A DNA stretch of 64,000 bases from Macrostomum lignano (taxonomy: Eukaryota). The DNA is taken from assembly GCA_002269645.1 (NCBI GenBank), contig NIVC01002694.1, positions 62,001 through 126,000 on the forward strand, written 5' to 3'. A program made the position numbers and the translations under genes. The notes under the pieces are model-generated. The model ran no database searches and was not told the DNA's origin. It was given only the letters and a program-made list of their open reading frames with translations. Shown one piece after another: positions 40,346-51,881 of the stretch (the stretch's first letter is position 1; every line of letters begins with the position of its first letter).

Positions 40346-42662
40346 CTAGACCGTATTACCAATTGATCCATAATTATTATTTGCCTCGTTGCGACCATCG
40401 CGATCAATTAAGCAGTCAGCCGACTGACTAACTGGGCCAACTATCGCAGGTGAGCGGCCGTCCTCGCCCTCTTCGTTAACTAAAAATGACACGCCTCGCG
40501 TCTCGCGGCGCATAAAGCCGCGATTCTGCCGCACTGGCCCAATTAGGCAGATCAAAGTTGCCAGGCCGAATAGGCCGCTGTAGCCGGTGAGGACCCAGGC
40601 TAGACCGAATCTGAGCATATTGTTTAATAAAACTGTGTCAGATTACGTTAATTCACCTCAATTGGCACTTTTTTTTATCAATTGGCAAAATCAGACATAA
40701 CTTTATTCCCCATAGAAAAGCTGGAATGAAAAGCACTGATTCGTAGAAAGAGCCAAAAACATAAATGCCCAAGGGTGAGTTCCCAGATTATCACAATGAG
40801 CAGGCGGGTTGTAGGACGATGTGGTCGCTAATGCAAGAGTGTGTGTACTATACGCAGGCACACATTGATGCATAGACAGACTCAAAGAGGGACTCTAATC
40901 GTCAGCCATGTAGTGTTTGGACTTTAAGAGGGGAGCTGGCCATCATGGGTGTGAAACGCACGACAAACCCCCATAGCTAATTGTCGTGCTCAAGCCCCAA
41001 ATGAATGTGACCAAATGGAATCGAACCAGGGGTCGTGACGCAATAGTGGGACGCGTTTATCGTCTGCCTATTTCCTTATCGCGATGGCATGTAACCTAAC
41101 TTTTTAGACTTATATATAATAAACTTATTGAGTAACTCTTTAACCTGAAGGAATAGCTTATAAACTAAATGGCCTCACGGTGTTCTCTTACTGTTTTCCT
41201 AAATTTTGGGTCGTTGTAAAAGTAGCAGTAAGCTGAGGTTTGGTGGAAATTAAATGAATATTCATCTTAAGTGCACTATGCAATACTTAATTGGATTGAT
41301 AGAACTAATCAGTGTGCGGTATATAGTAAAAACCATTTATAAAAACGAACTTTTTTGGACTATATATTTATCGGTTTTTTACATGGTAATGGTATTCCAG
41401 CCATAAGATTAGGTAATCTAGCTTAGTTCCGAACTTGAGTTTGACCAATGTCAAATGGTTTATTCCGTGCTAATGAAAAACACTCACTTGTCTAAAGCCA
41501 CACCACCAAGAGTTGGGCCAACAAATGCTCCAAAGGCGAATGCAGTATTAACTAATCCAGAAACTACAGAGTAAGTTGTTAAACTTCGATCAAAGCCTCG
41601 CTTATAAGACTCCGTAGCAATCAAATTAAACACTGGCACAACAACAGCCGAGCAGGCTAAACCAACCACGACAAGAGCGGCAATAAGTGATGGCAAGTTT
41701 GTATCGTAAGGTAGAAACGGTGCCGGATAGACGAACAGCAAGCAAACAGAGAATGCTGCCAAGCCGCCAATCATAATAGGCAGACCGGCGCCGCGCGAAT
41801 CGACTAGGTAGCCCCATAGAGCGGCAGATATAGAATAGATCAAAGCGGGCAGGAATAGCATCAGCCCAACAATAACTGGCGAGAAATGAAATTTGGCGGT
41901 TAAAAATGGTTGAAAGCTGACATCTACGAAGCCAAGAAAAGAGCTAGCAACGCACATTCCAAATAGAGTAGCAAGACAAAAGGGTTCTCTAACAAGCGTC
42001 CAGACAGATTTTGGTCGAGAACCATCAATGTTAGGGTCGTCGTTTACAAGCGACGGCATAACGCACAACGACAATAGTACAACCAGCAATAGGAAGCCGC
42101 CAAGACTAACAAATGGTAATTTAAATCCGCCAAGTTGAAATAATGCGCCGCCAATAACTGGGCCAACCATAAAGCCAAGTCCGCCAGCGGTCTCCAGCAG
42201 ACCGAATACTGTTGACAATCGATTTGGAAATAGTCTGGTAGCTATGGAGAATGAGGACACAACAAACATGCTAGTGCCAATAGCGGACACGCCGCGGGTT
42301 AGTAGGCACATAACGGCGAACACAATTCCAGGAGGGCAGTACTCCAATGCGCCAAACAGTATTGAGCAGACGCTGCATATGACAAGACCCCAACTGTACA
42401 CGAATCGTCCGCCAATGCTGCTGGTGAAAGCGCCAACAAGTGGACTGCACAGACAGATTACTAATTGAAATTCGCCAACTATAATACCTGTCATAGTAAC
42501 CGAAAGGCCTTTCAAATTGGCTTCTCTGGGAAAGAACGGTCCGAGAACTGAGAATGCTGTTGAGGTAAAGAAGTTTACTAAAGCTAAGCTGGCTAATAGT
42601 ACATTGCGTCGAGCTCGACTGAGGCCAGCCACCTCACCGCTAGTTGAAGCCAATTGGATTGC
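40346..42662 (-). CDS. SLC18B1: MFS transporter, SLC18B1-like, copy 4: complement(join(40346-40610,41488-42662)); start exon uncertain
   Basis: GPFFP, ETAGGLGFMVGPVIGG, GGFKLPF. The AA|gtgagt donor and ctcag|A acceptor are phase-compatible and supply the last helix. Confidence 0.85.
40880..41075 (-). mobile_element. tRNA-derived SINE-like element in the MFS copy 4 intron
   Basis: The minus strand has an A-box-like taggcagacgataa and B-box ggttcgattcc (41017-41027), but no cloverleaf. Confidence 0.45.
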
Positions 42663-43383
42663 CTGTAAAATAAACAAACGGGTTGAATGATTGCAGATTT
42701 TCTGAGGGTGCTGTAATTCTATAATGCTGTACTTATTAGTATTGCTAGAGTAAAGTTCAAATCCTATGTGAAACCGATTGAAATTGAGTCGATTTCTCGA
42801 ATTAGGCTCTCGAATTATCTCAGTCTGACAAAACTCCATGGTCATGCATTGGAAATCTGGATGCCCAATGGTTAGATTTGCTTGTCAATTAGGCCAGTCT
42901 CATAGTCAGAAATTCGCACGCATGGCCCAACCTATCTTTATTCTCTTCTCACTGATTTTACAGTTGGAACTATTTCTAATCAATTTTGAGGCTAAAAAAG
43001 ATTGTTAAAAACGATAGTGAAAAGTCGATGCTGTTAAAAGTTACCTTTGTGTATATTTAGCATATTAATTAATTATCATTAAACTGACTGCAACCGATCG
43101 CACACTTCTAAACCAATTGCAATTATGCTATTGCGGCTCCTAAAGTGGAAAAACAGATAAACTGCAGTGAAATACAACATACATAGATACGCTCGTATTG
43201 TACAATGCAAAATTAATAATTTGTTTCTTTATACATCGCTTTGCCTTGCATGAGATGAGAGCAGACAAACAATTCATAACCGATAATAACAAGCAAGGTC
43301 AATGACAACAAGCCGCGTTAATGCGCTCTACTCGTAAATATAGAGTACGTGCGCTCCACCCTTTCATGTGATTTCATATAAAG

Positions 43384-44083
43384 CATTGGCCAAGGACTGC
43401 TCAAGTAGAAGGACGGGAAACCTCGTTTGCTTAGAAAATTTTGTGAGTCTAGTTTTCGCCGAAAAATACACTACAGACATAGGAAATTTTATATTTTTAG
43501 CACAAAACTGTTACTGCCTTCGATAGGAGGCGGACCCAATTTTCATCTTTTGATATGCTGTGCCTTTCTTAATGCTCCATCGATATTCATAAAGCTTTTC
43601 GTTCAGAAAAGTTTTTATAATTTTTTGTTAATTTTTAATTCCATGTACAATTGCACATTTCCGGAAATCATTAAAATGGCACGGCTCATGTTATTGGTTT
43701 TATAAATCAATTTTATCATTCTTAGCGAACTTTGTAACAATTATTTTTAACAGAGATGATATTTACAAAACCAGAGTCGAGCTGTGCCATGCATTTTTAT
43801 GATTCTTACGCACAGGGAACGTACGTCGAATTAAAAAATTAACATAGAATCCTGACTTTTTGAACAAAAAGCTTTATGAATATCGATAGAGCAATAAGAA
43901 AGGCAAATCATATCAAAAGATCAACATTGGGTCCGCCTCCTATCGAAAGCAATAACAATTTCTGTGCTGAAAAAATAAGAGCCTCCTATCTTCGTAGTGT
44001 ATTTTTCGGCGAAAATCAGCCTCATAAAAATTTTCTAAGAAACGCAGCTTCCCGTCCTGCTACTTAAGTAGTCCTTGGCAATG
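43384..44083. mobile_element. Non-autonomous element with ~225-bp inverted arms
   Basis: 43384-43610 is the reverse complement of 43855-44083 (roughly 80% by eye); non-coding spacer. Confidence 0.85.
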
Positions 44084-44438
44084 GCCCGCGTCTCTCTGCG
44101 AATTAGTTTCGTTACCTGTCTTACATTATTTGTTTAACTTGCTTTGCCAGCCTTTAAATAACTTTTAATCGCTTGGTATAGTTGAATACACGACTTTCTT
44201 CATTAGTTACCCTTCGCTTTAGTGCAGGCCTCTGCTAACATAAATTACTTAATAATAAAATTGGCTCAGTTTTTCAAGATACGGCATAAATGTCTCAATA
44301 CGAAAAACACTGACTTAGCATTAATTGGTATCGACAAAAAGTTGAAGATTCATACATTATTAATTTTTTAATAAATACAACTGCAACACACTTTGCGCAG
44401 TCTTTTTAAAACCGAATAATGTGATAAAACATTGATGA

Positions 44439-45595
44439 TTAATCAGAACCCGTCGACTCAGAAGGCTTAGTAAGTGGCTTGGACGCCTCAACAACACTTT
44501 CAGCTGCAGGAGCATTATCAAACACTTCATCGTCAATGTCTGCCACCGTTTCATTGACTTTTTCGTCTACACTTTTCTCGTCACTCGGTTTCGTTGGAAT
44601 TGCAGCACCGGCTTCAATATTGTCGTTTGTTGATTCTTCAGTAGCAGCGGTAGTTTTAATCGCATCTGCAACTGAATCAGCAGCTACTACTTTGCTAACC
44701 GGAGGCGTATTATTACTAGTAGTAGCAGTATCAGCTTCAGATTCGCAGGCGGCGGCAACTTTGGCGGTTTCTTCAGCAGCTTCCGCTACAGATACAGCGC
44801 CAGTTTTGTAGTCCGCAATCGCAGCATCCGATGAAGCTGTGCAATCGCCGGCTCCGCAACCGCTGCTGCTACCGCCGTCGCTTTCAATATCGTCAGATTC
44901 GTCATCAATTTCAGCCGCAGTTGCGGGCGCCTGATCAAAAGCGGCGCCAGACAACGGCGCGCCAACTTCGCTACCCGAACCGGAACAAGAGCCGGAACCG
45001 GACGCTTCTTCAAGATCGTCATCGCCAGACAGCGAATCGTTAGCCATATGATCGGCGGTTGCCGCGCTTGAAACCGAGGCGGCAGCGGCCTCAGCACCGG
45101 CATGCGTCGAGGCCGAAGCGGCGCCGGCTGCGGCGGCGGCGGTGGAATCCGAAGAGTTCGACACAATCATGTCTTCCTCGTCCTGATCGAATACGATTTT
45201 CTGACCAGCCGGATCGATGCAGCTAACAACGCTCAAGCATTTTAGTAGGCCTCGTAGATACTTATCAACTCGGCGATAGTGCTTATTAGGCGATAGGGCC
45301 AATTCGCAGACGCGTTGAATAGTAAATGGGGCGTTAGTGAACTGGTCCAGTGTTGACAGGACAGTCTGGCGGTAGACGCTCAGTTGAAATGTCTCCATAT
45401 TAGGCCTGGGATAATAATCGTCAATAGAAGCCATTGATGAGTCGCTTAAAAAACTTTCAATAGCGGATTCCAATTTGACGCGAATTAGCGGCTTAACCAG
45501 GTGCCAAGGCGCGTTGGTGATGCCACTGCGAGACAGGTTGACCAGATAGTGCTCCAGGTCTGGCGGCACATCGCTTGTTGCTGATTGGGCAAACT
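44439..45595 (-). CDS. PPP4R2: Protein phosphatase 4 regulatory subunit 2 (main exon; short first exon not found)
   Basis: PWHLVKPL and APFTIQRVCEL...PNKHY...DKYLRGL..LSVVS are the PPP4R2 domain, followed by an acidic tail. cacag| acceptor at 45596. Confidence 0.9.
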
Positions 45596-46226
45596 CTGTG
45601 AAAAGATTGATAAACATAACAATTGAAAAAGGCTGTTGAATTGACAATAGGTACTATGAATATCTAGAATACAATTAAGGTTGGGAATCAAACCAAGCTT
45701 CAGTCTTTTACATAACAACTTTAGTCAAACAATTGAGCATGATAGGCAACAAATTACCATCATGAAATTTCCTATCCTGATTGGAAATGTCAAATTATTC
45801 TTAGCATATTGGATATTAAATTCAAATGACATTACAGTATATACCCTATTAGTGGATTGTAGGCCCATATGCAATATTCAAATTGTACAGAAACCCTGCT
45901 TTTATTGCTCAATAGGCAAAAAAACTGAATAAATTCAACTGTGGAAATTTAAATGTAAAAAAAGACAAACTAATATCCAATTCAAAACATTGATCTTATT
46001 TAACCCTTAAAATTACATAGGTACAATAATATAATTTTAACTTAGATCTAAATATACTAGTATAGAAAAGTAACAAAAATCAAGACTTTAGCTTTTTAGA
46101 CAATTGAGATATTGAATGATTCTACCAAAAGGTTAGATTTTTTCATAAGCCCGGCCTAGTATATTCAATAAGCCCCTATCTCAGTGCAACATTGATGAGC
46201 CTTTAAATTTTATTAGCAGTTGAACA

Positions 46227-46825
46227 CATGTTCTTGCATTAGCTCTTTTTTGGACATTGGCCTTTATCTAGATAGAGCTTTTAAACCCTCAACAGGTGGC
46301 ACTAGATGACTGTGGTTATCCAATTGCAATTTTTTTAGTCTTCTAACCAAGCCTTGATAGTGGGCAAACCTCAACAGCTAGATATCCTCAGCTAGTGTCT
46401 TTTCATTATCATTCAATACCATTAGTACCTTTTGTAAGTAGTATTAGGTGACCATGGACACCTTGTTGCAAATTTTTCTAGTTTTATAAATCAAGCCTTG
46501 ATAGTAGACAAGCTACAAATATTGGATAGTGTAAGCATTTCATTATCTCCTAACACTATTAGCATCTTTAATAGATAGTACTACTAGGTGACTATGGATA
46601 TCTTGACTACAAATTTCTCTAGTTTTGCTAATCAAAATGCAATAGTAGGCAAACCTCAACTGTTAGATATCCTTAGCTAGTCTTGATTAAAGCTTGTTTA
46701 GCAAAACTAGAAAGATGCACAATAGGGTAACCATAGTCACCTAGTGCCACTTGTTGAAAGTCTAGAAACTATATCTGGGTAAAGGCCAATGCTTAAAAAA
46801 GTTGGAGATAATGCAAACATATGTG
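46227..46825. mobile_element. Decayed foldback-type element (~140-bp inverted arms, internal tandem copies)
   Basis: 46227-46370 versus the reverse complement of 46690-46825; differences are mostly transitions. Confidence 0.7.
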
Positions 46826-47394
46826 GTTAATATGCTAATGAATTTTGGAGGCTTGGCAATATTGCACTAAGGTGCAATGCTAATTGGCACACAGGGAAAT
46901 AATGAATATATTAGTGCATATAGGAAAAATATGACCTTTGGTAGGATTGTTAAATATTTTTGATGATCTAAAAGGCTAGTGACTTGGTTCATGCTTACCT
47001 GGTAAGTGTTAAAAATATTACAACAAGTTAGCCAATTATCTTGAATTTTATATGCTTGCATTGCTCCTTTTTGGTATATCAAAAATTGGCGAGGAAAGAT
47101 TTTTCCTTTTTATTGGTAGTTTGAAAGGCAAAAATATATATAATGTGTATATAGAGTTAAAAATCTATTGCTTGAGTCTTTAACCCTAAGGACTTAAGAG
47201 TTTCTCTTATAGAAGCTTATGCAAGGACACATTAGAGACAAAGATTAATGCAGATAACAAAAAAAATTAATGGCTCATGAAACTTTTATATTCATTTATT
47301 TTTATTGTTCAATCCTTTGTACCTATTTAATCAAATGTTCCAATAATATTTTTAAGTCTTTAAAGTTTTTAAAGTTTATTATTGAATACATACC

Positions 47395-48520
47395 TATCAA
47401 CCTCTTTCAAAGGACTGCCTGCTATCCTTAATTTGCCTTTGCTTTATCTGCTCATTGAGATAGAGGCTATGAAATCTACCTCTTGACTCATTAGAGATAA
47501 ATGTTAAATTAAGTGTCCTCTGGCTTTATGCCAATAAAAACTATAATCTTATATATGTACTTTGTCCACTGCAACCTTACCAATATCTACATTGACCTAG
47601 ACAATGTCCACCTTCCACTCTCAATATTAGAAGGGGCTTTTTAACTACTATCCTTAGTCAAAACAGAATTCCACTGAATATCAGCATAAACTGACATAGC
47701 CAAGGCATTCACTGTTTCATTGATAGCTCACTGTTTAATAGCCATGCTAGAGTGGGTATTGCTATCTTTCATGAGGATAAAATGCTTTTCTAGGAAAGTC
47801 TACACCTCAGTTTTCTAATCTAAAATGTGTGCCATTGAGCAGTGTATCTAGCACTTGCTCTAGGCAAATATTAATCATTTTGATATTAATTTTTACACTA
47901 ATAGCCAAGTTGCTATCAAGGCCTTAACTACTAACAAAATCTCTGCTGTTACAGTATCTTAATGCCACTGTAATATGCAATCTCTTTTAGTCTTTAATAG
48001 GATTAAAACTATTTAGATCTCTAGTCAAAGCAATATCCCAAGTAATAAGCTTATAGATTCTTTTGCCAAAGAAGGTAGCAACCTTAATGGCAACTATTAT
48101 GTAATAAGGCTATCCCTTCTCAGTTGCAAGTCACTTTCTATAACAATAGGTGGCTCTATCAGCAACATGGGAATAGTTGCATTGACCATAAGCAGACCTA
48201 ATCTGCATAGCCTGAATAAGAAAGTCTTTGAATATTTAATCTCACTTAATAGAACCAACCTTAAGGAGATATGCATAGTCTTAACTAGCCATAGATTCTT
48301 CTAAAGATATCTCATTGCAAACTGGCTGCCTTCCTACTTGTCCTTTCTATAGTATATGAGAAGACTATGGAGTATCATATCATCTTTTGCCCTTATTTAA
48401 TAAAGTATAGTACAAATATCTTGGCCACTCCCAATAGATAGACAAGTTGACTATCATAGACAATATCCGTAGCCTGTGCTCTTTTGTCTAAGATACTGCC
48501 AGATAAGGGTCACTGATACT
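47395..48520 (+). mobile_element. Decayed non-LTR retrotransposon 3' part (RT thumb, RNase H, C-terminal Cys region)
   Basis: Remnants LPAILNLPLLYL, HCFIDSS (FTDGS), YTNSQ (TDSQ), [21 protein letters not shown] (WIPGH..IPGNELAD.LAKEG), LTSH (LTGH); many stops. Confidence 0.8.
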
Positions 48521-48869
48521 TCTTCTATGAACTTGCTAAATACTAGTGGGGGCTAGGCAGACTCCCAAGGTTAATCCTTGGTCTCTTACTCTCTTTTTTA
48601 TTTTGGGGTTGCAATAGGGGCCTCATGGCCTTTTTTGTGGCACTTGTGGCCTTTTTATTAGTAGGTAATAAAATAAGTAAATAGCCTAAATGATACAAGT
48701 GAAAACAGTGTAGTATATCTAGTCTTATAGAATATTTTGCTATGTGTACAACTTTCTTTCTTAGAAAATACAGTATTTAAATGTCCGCCAAATAGTAATA
48801 ATTTTGTTTAACTGTTGTGCACTCAAATAATATTCTACAAAATTTAAAAATTTGTTATAAATGCATTGT

Positions 48870-49477
48870 CTGATTGGTATAAATAGGAGCCTAGAATGGG
48901 CCAGGAAAAACAACCGCTTGCTTGCTCAAGTAAGATCGTGACAATTAATCCACTTAATAAAAATCCTAAGCATTCTTACTTGGCTTATTCATTTCTATAG
49001 TATTAAGCCCCTTGTTGGGAGTATCAGAAACCGCTAAAAGCGAGAATCGCCTCAGGGCAAGAAGCACTACAGAATAGTAAGATTGCTTCAAGGCAGGAAA
49101 AATGTCTAAGGGCAGGGAAAACACATAAGGCTGTTGACCCTCTGATCCAGGGAACACCTAGGACTGAGAGAAAACTTATAGGAGTAAATAGAGTAAATAG
49201 TGCCATTAGACTGCTCAAGCCAAAGAGTACAGTACATGTACAGACGCTACCAATAAGATAAGTAGACTACCAATATAGAAGTAGATAGAAAAGTAGTCAC
49301 ACTACCAATAAGTAAGGTAATAAAGTACAAAGTAACAAAGTACATTTGTGCAAAAATATATTTTAAATTAAATTAAGTATAGGGGAATTAGTCCTGTAAT
49401 AATAGGTAGTGGCATTGTGAGATTATTTATAGATAGAAAGTCAGCCTTTTTGACAACTTTGGTGTCAGCGGTAGGAT
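48870..49477 (+). mobile_element. Possible decayed LTR end with tRNA-Leu-type PBS
   Basis: ...gaca, 4 nt, then TGGTGTCAGCGGTAGGAT (49460-49477), similar to the known Leu PBS TGGTGTCAGAAGTGGGAT; ATTGG plus TATAAATA upstream. Left boundary unknown. Confidence 0.4.
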
Positions 49478-49819
49478 AATTTCAGTGAGAACAATCATGC
49501 CTGTTACAACTTTGATGGCTAATTAGTGAGATTTTAATAGAGGGAAGCTAAACCCTTATCACATAAGATTTAAAAACTTAATAGCTAAAGCACTAAACTG
49601 ACTAAGTTCAAATTTTAAGACATTATTTTTTAGATTATTAATTAAAGCTGCAACTAGTCTAAGTTACTTTTTGATAAAAAATCTAAGCTTTGCTTTTGCA
49701 TATTAGAGGGCCTATTAATTAATCATTTCTAGCTATCTATTATAATAAGAATAGGATTTAAAATAAAACATCTTGAATAAAAGCTTGGCTCCAAACATTT
49801 AACCTATGCTATCATACTT

Positions 49820-49977
49820 GGGTGCAACCTTGGGATTCACTCAGCCATTTCTATTGGCAACACACACATGTATATCGCTATTGGACAGAATAGTAGTCAC
49901 GTGACTGCTCTCAGCCAATAGCAACTTACATGTGTGTTGCCAATAGAAACGGCCAGGTGATTCCCAAGGTTGCGCAC
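49820..49977. repeat. ~155-bp imperfect palindrome centred on GTCACGTGAC
   Basis: The arms are complementary over about 75 bp with no loop. Confidence 0.88.
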
Positions 49978-51881
49978 GTATGTATGCTATACTAGGATGT
50001 ACTGGGTTTATTTTTTGTGCACAGAGTATTCATATATGTAACCTAAATTTTAAAATTGCACTTTGAGATTAAAAGTTGGATGCAGTTTGGGTGCAGTCTT
50101 CTAACCTATTTTTCCATTGAAGCCTGATTTGCACTGCCTTAAAAATAAGAAAAAAGAGAAATTGCACTCTGAGCCTTAAAATCTTGTCCCTGGCAAAAAC
50201 CCTAAGGGTATACTATATATAGCAAGTATGCAGAACAAACAATTTGGCCACAAGACACACAGAACAATAGAGGATTTTTTGCTAGAAAAGTGTGCATATT
50301 TTTGCATTAGATTTAAATGGCCTAATACTAATATTAATTTACTATAGCTCTTCTAGAGCCATAGAAGATTTTTTAAATGAAGTTGTGTATACATGCACAT
50401 TTATTTAATTTTTACTTTCTGCACAGAATGCATTATTTGTAGGGATGAATTTTGCCCTGGCCCTGGATGCCATGGTTATTTTATGTTTTGAATAGGTCTA
50501 TAAATACTATATATATATCAAAATTAGTTGTCTTATCCCAATATATTATTTTTAGATAGTTTGTTACATTACAATTGTCATTGAGTCAAACAACAATACT
50601 TACCACTTAATGAGTTTACCAAGTCATTACTTTGACCCATTGTTGAAAGAACCATTGCTAAGAGGGCCTAAGCAACCTTTAGTTTAAGCTTTCTTTGGAA
50701 AAGACTTCTTACTTTACTAGGTGTCACTATCGAAATAGTAATCTTAGTAGCACATACACTAGACAGAATCGCAAATTCGATAAACAGTACAGTGGTCGTG
50801 GAAACACGCAAACGTTCAAACACTAAGCTTAGAATTCCTAAAAAATGAAGAAAATATAGCTAAACTAGGTGTAGAGTAAAGCTGATCCTGATAATACCTA
50901 CAAGGGCTACTGAATTAATTCAAAGATTAATCATATTATTAAAGAAAGTATAAAATCATCTGCAATGGGTACTTGCTCATGTGATTTTTAAATTTTCTGA
51001 GTAGTGGTGTTACGCCTGCTCCTTCCAAATTCGACCTTCGGAATTGAATAGTAGATCATTTCTCTGTCGTATAAGAAACAGCTAAAATACTAAATAATTA
51101 CAAATGAAGGATAATTTTAATTGCCTAAATTAAAGTACTACAGTCGTCTTTATTTAACTTAAAATTAACTTTTGTTAATACTGTTAAAATAATGTTTTGA
51201 CTGACAACAAGTATTTTAACATTTGATTAAGGAAAAATTAATTGAATATTTTTTGCAAGCATTTCAACTCGACGAAAGTCGACGGTATTTGTGTATTTTG
51301 TGGGTGAGTAGTTCATTGAATTTGTTTTTGGAATTTAGTTAAGAGTTTCTCTGTAATCTAAATTAAAAATCTTGCTTCTGTAAAAGTTTAGTAGAATAGC
51401 AGAATGAGTAAAGTAACACAACTATCGTATGTATAGTCCATGGTTTTAGGATTAGGATGATAAAAAGTCCTGCATGGAAAAATAAAACAAATTAAATCGT
51501 TTGCTTTCTTGCCAAAACATGTTTGGAAATCTATCAAACTTGTTTAGATCCGCTCCTACAGTTTGAACTCAGATTAATTTTTGCAAACTAATGTTCTTTT
51601 GCTTCATCTTATATGCTTTCGAAACAAAAATTGACGAATACAACCGCATTTTATAAAATTTATTCTATTCCAGTATTTATTTTCTTTTTCCATTAATTAA
51701 AACTTTAAAATATCTAAAATTTTGACTCTTATGGATTGTAAAGAATAAAAAATAAACGCAGTATGAATACATTTAAGGAGAATTGCTCCATAACCAATAG
51801 ATAAATTTTCGTTGTATCAACCTTTTAATATTATGCAGGTTCTTCTTTTTGGTCGAATACAATTACCAACTTATCAACGGA

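Noticed and set aside
41000-41075. tRNA gene
   Set aside because: It has A/B-box-like motifs but no cloverleaf or acceptor stem, so it was called a SINE.
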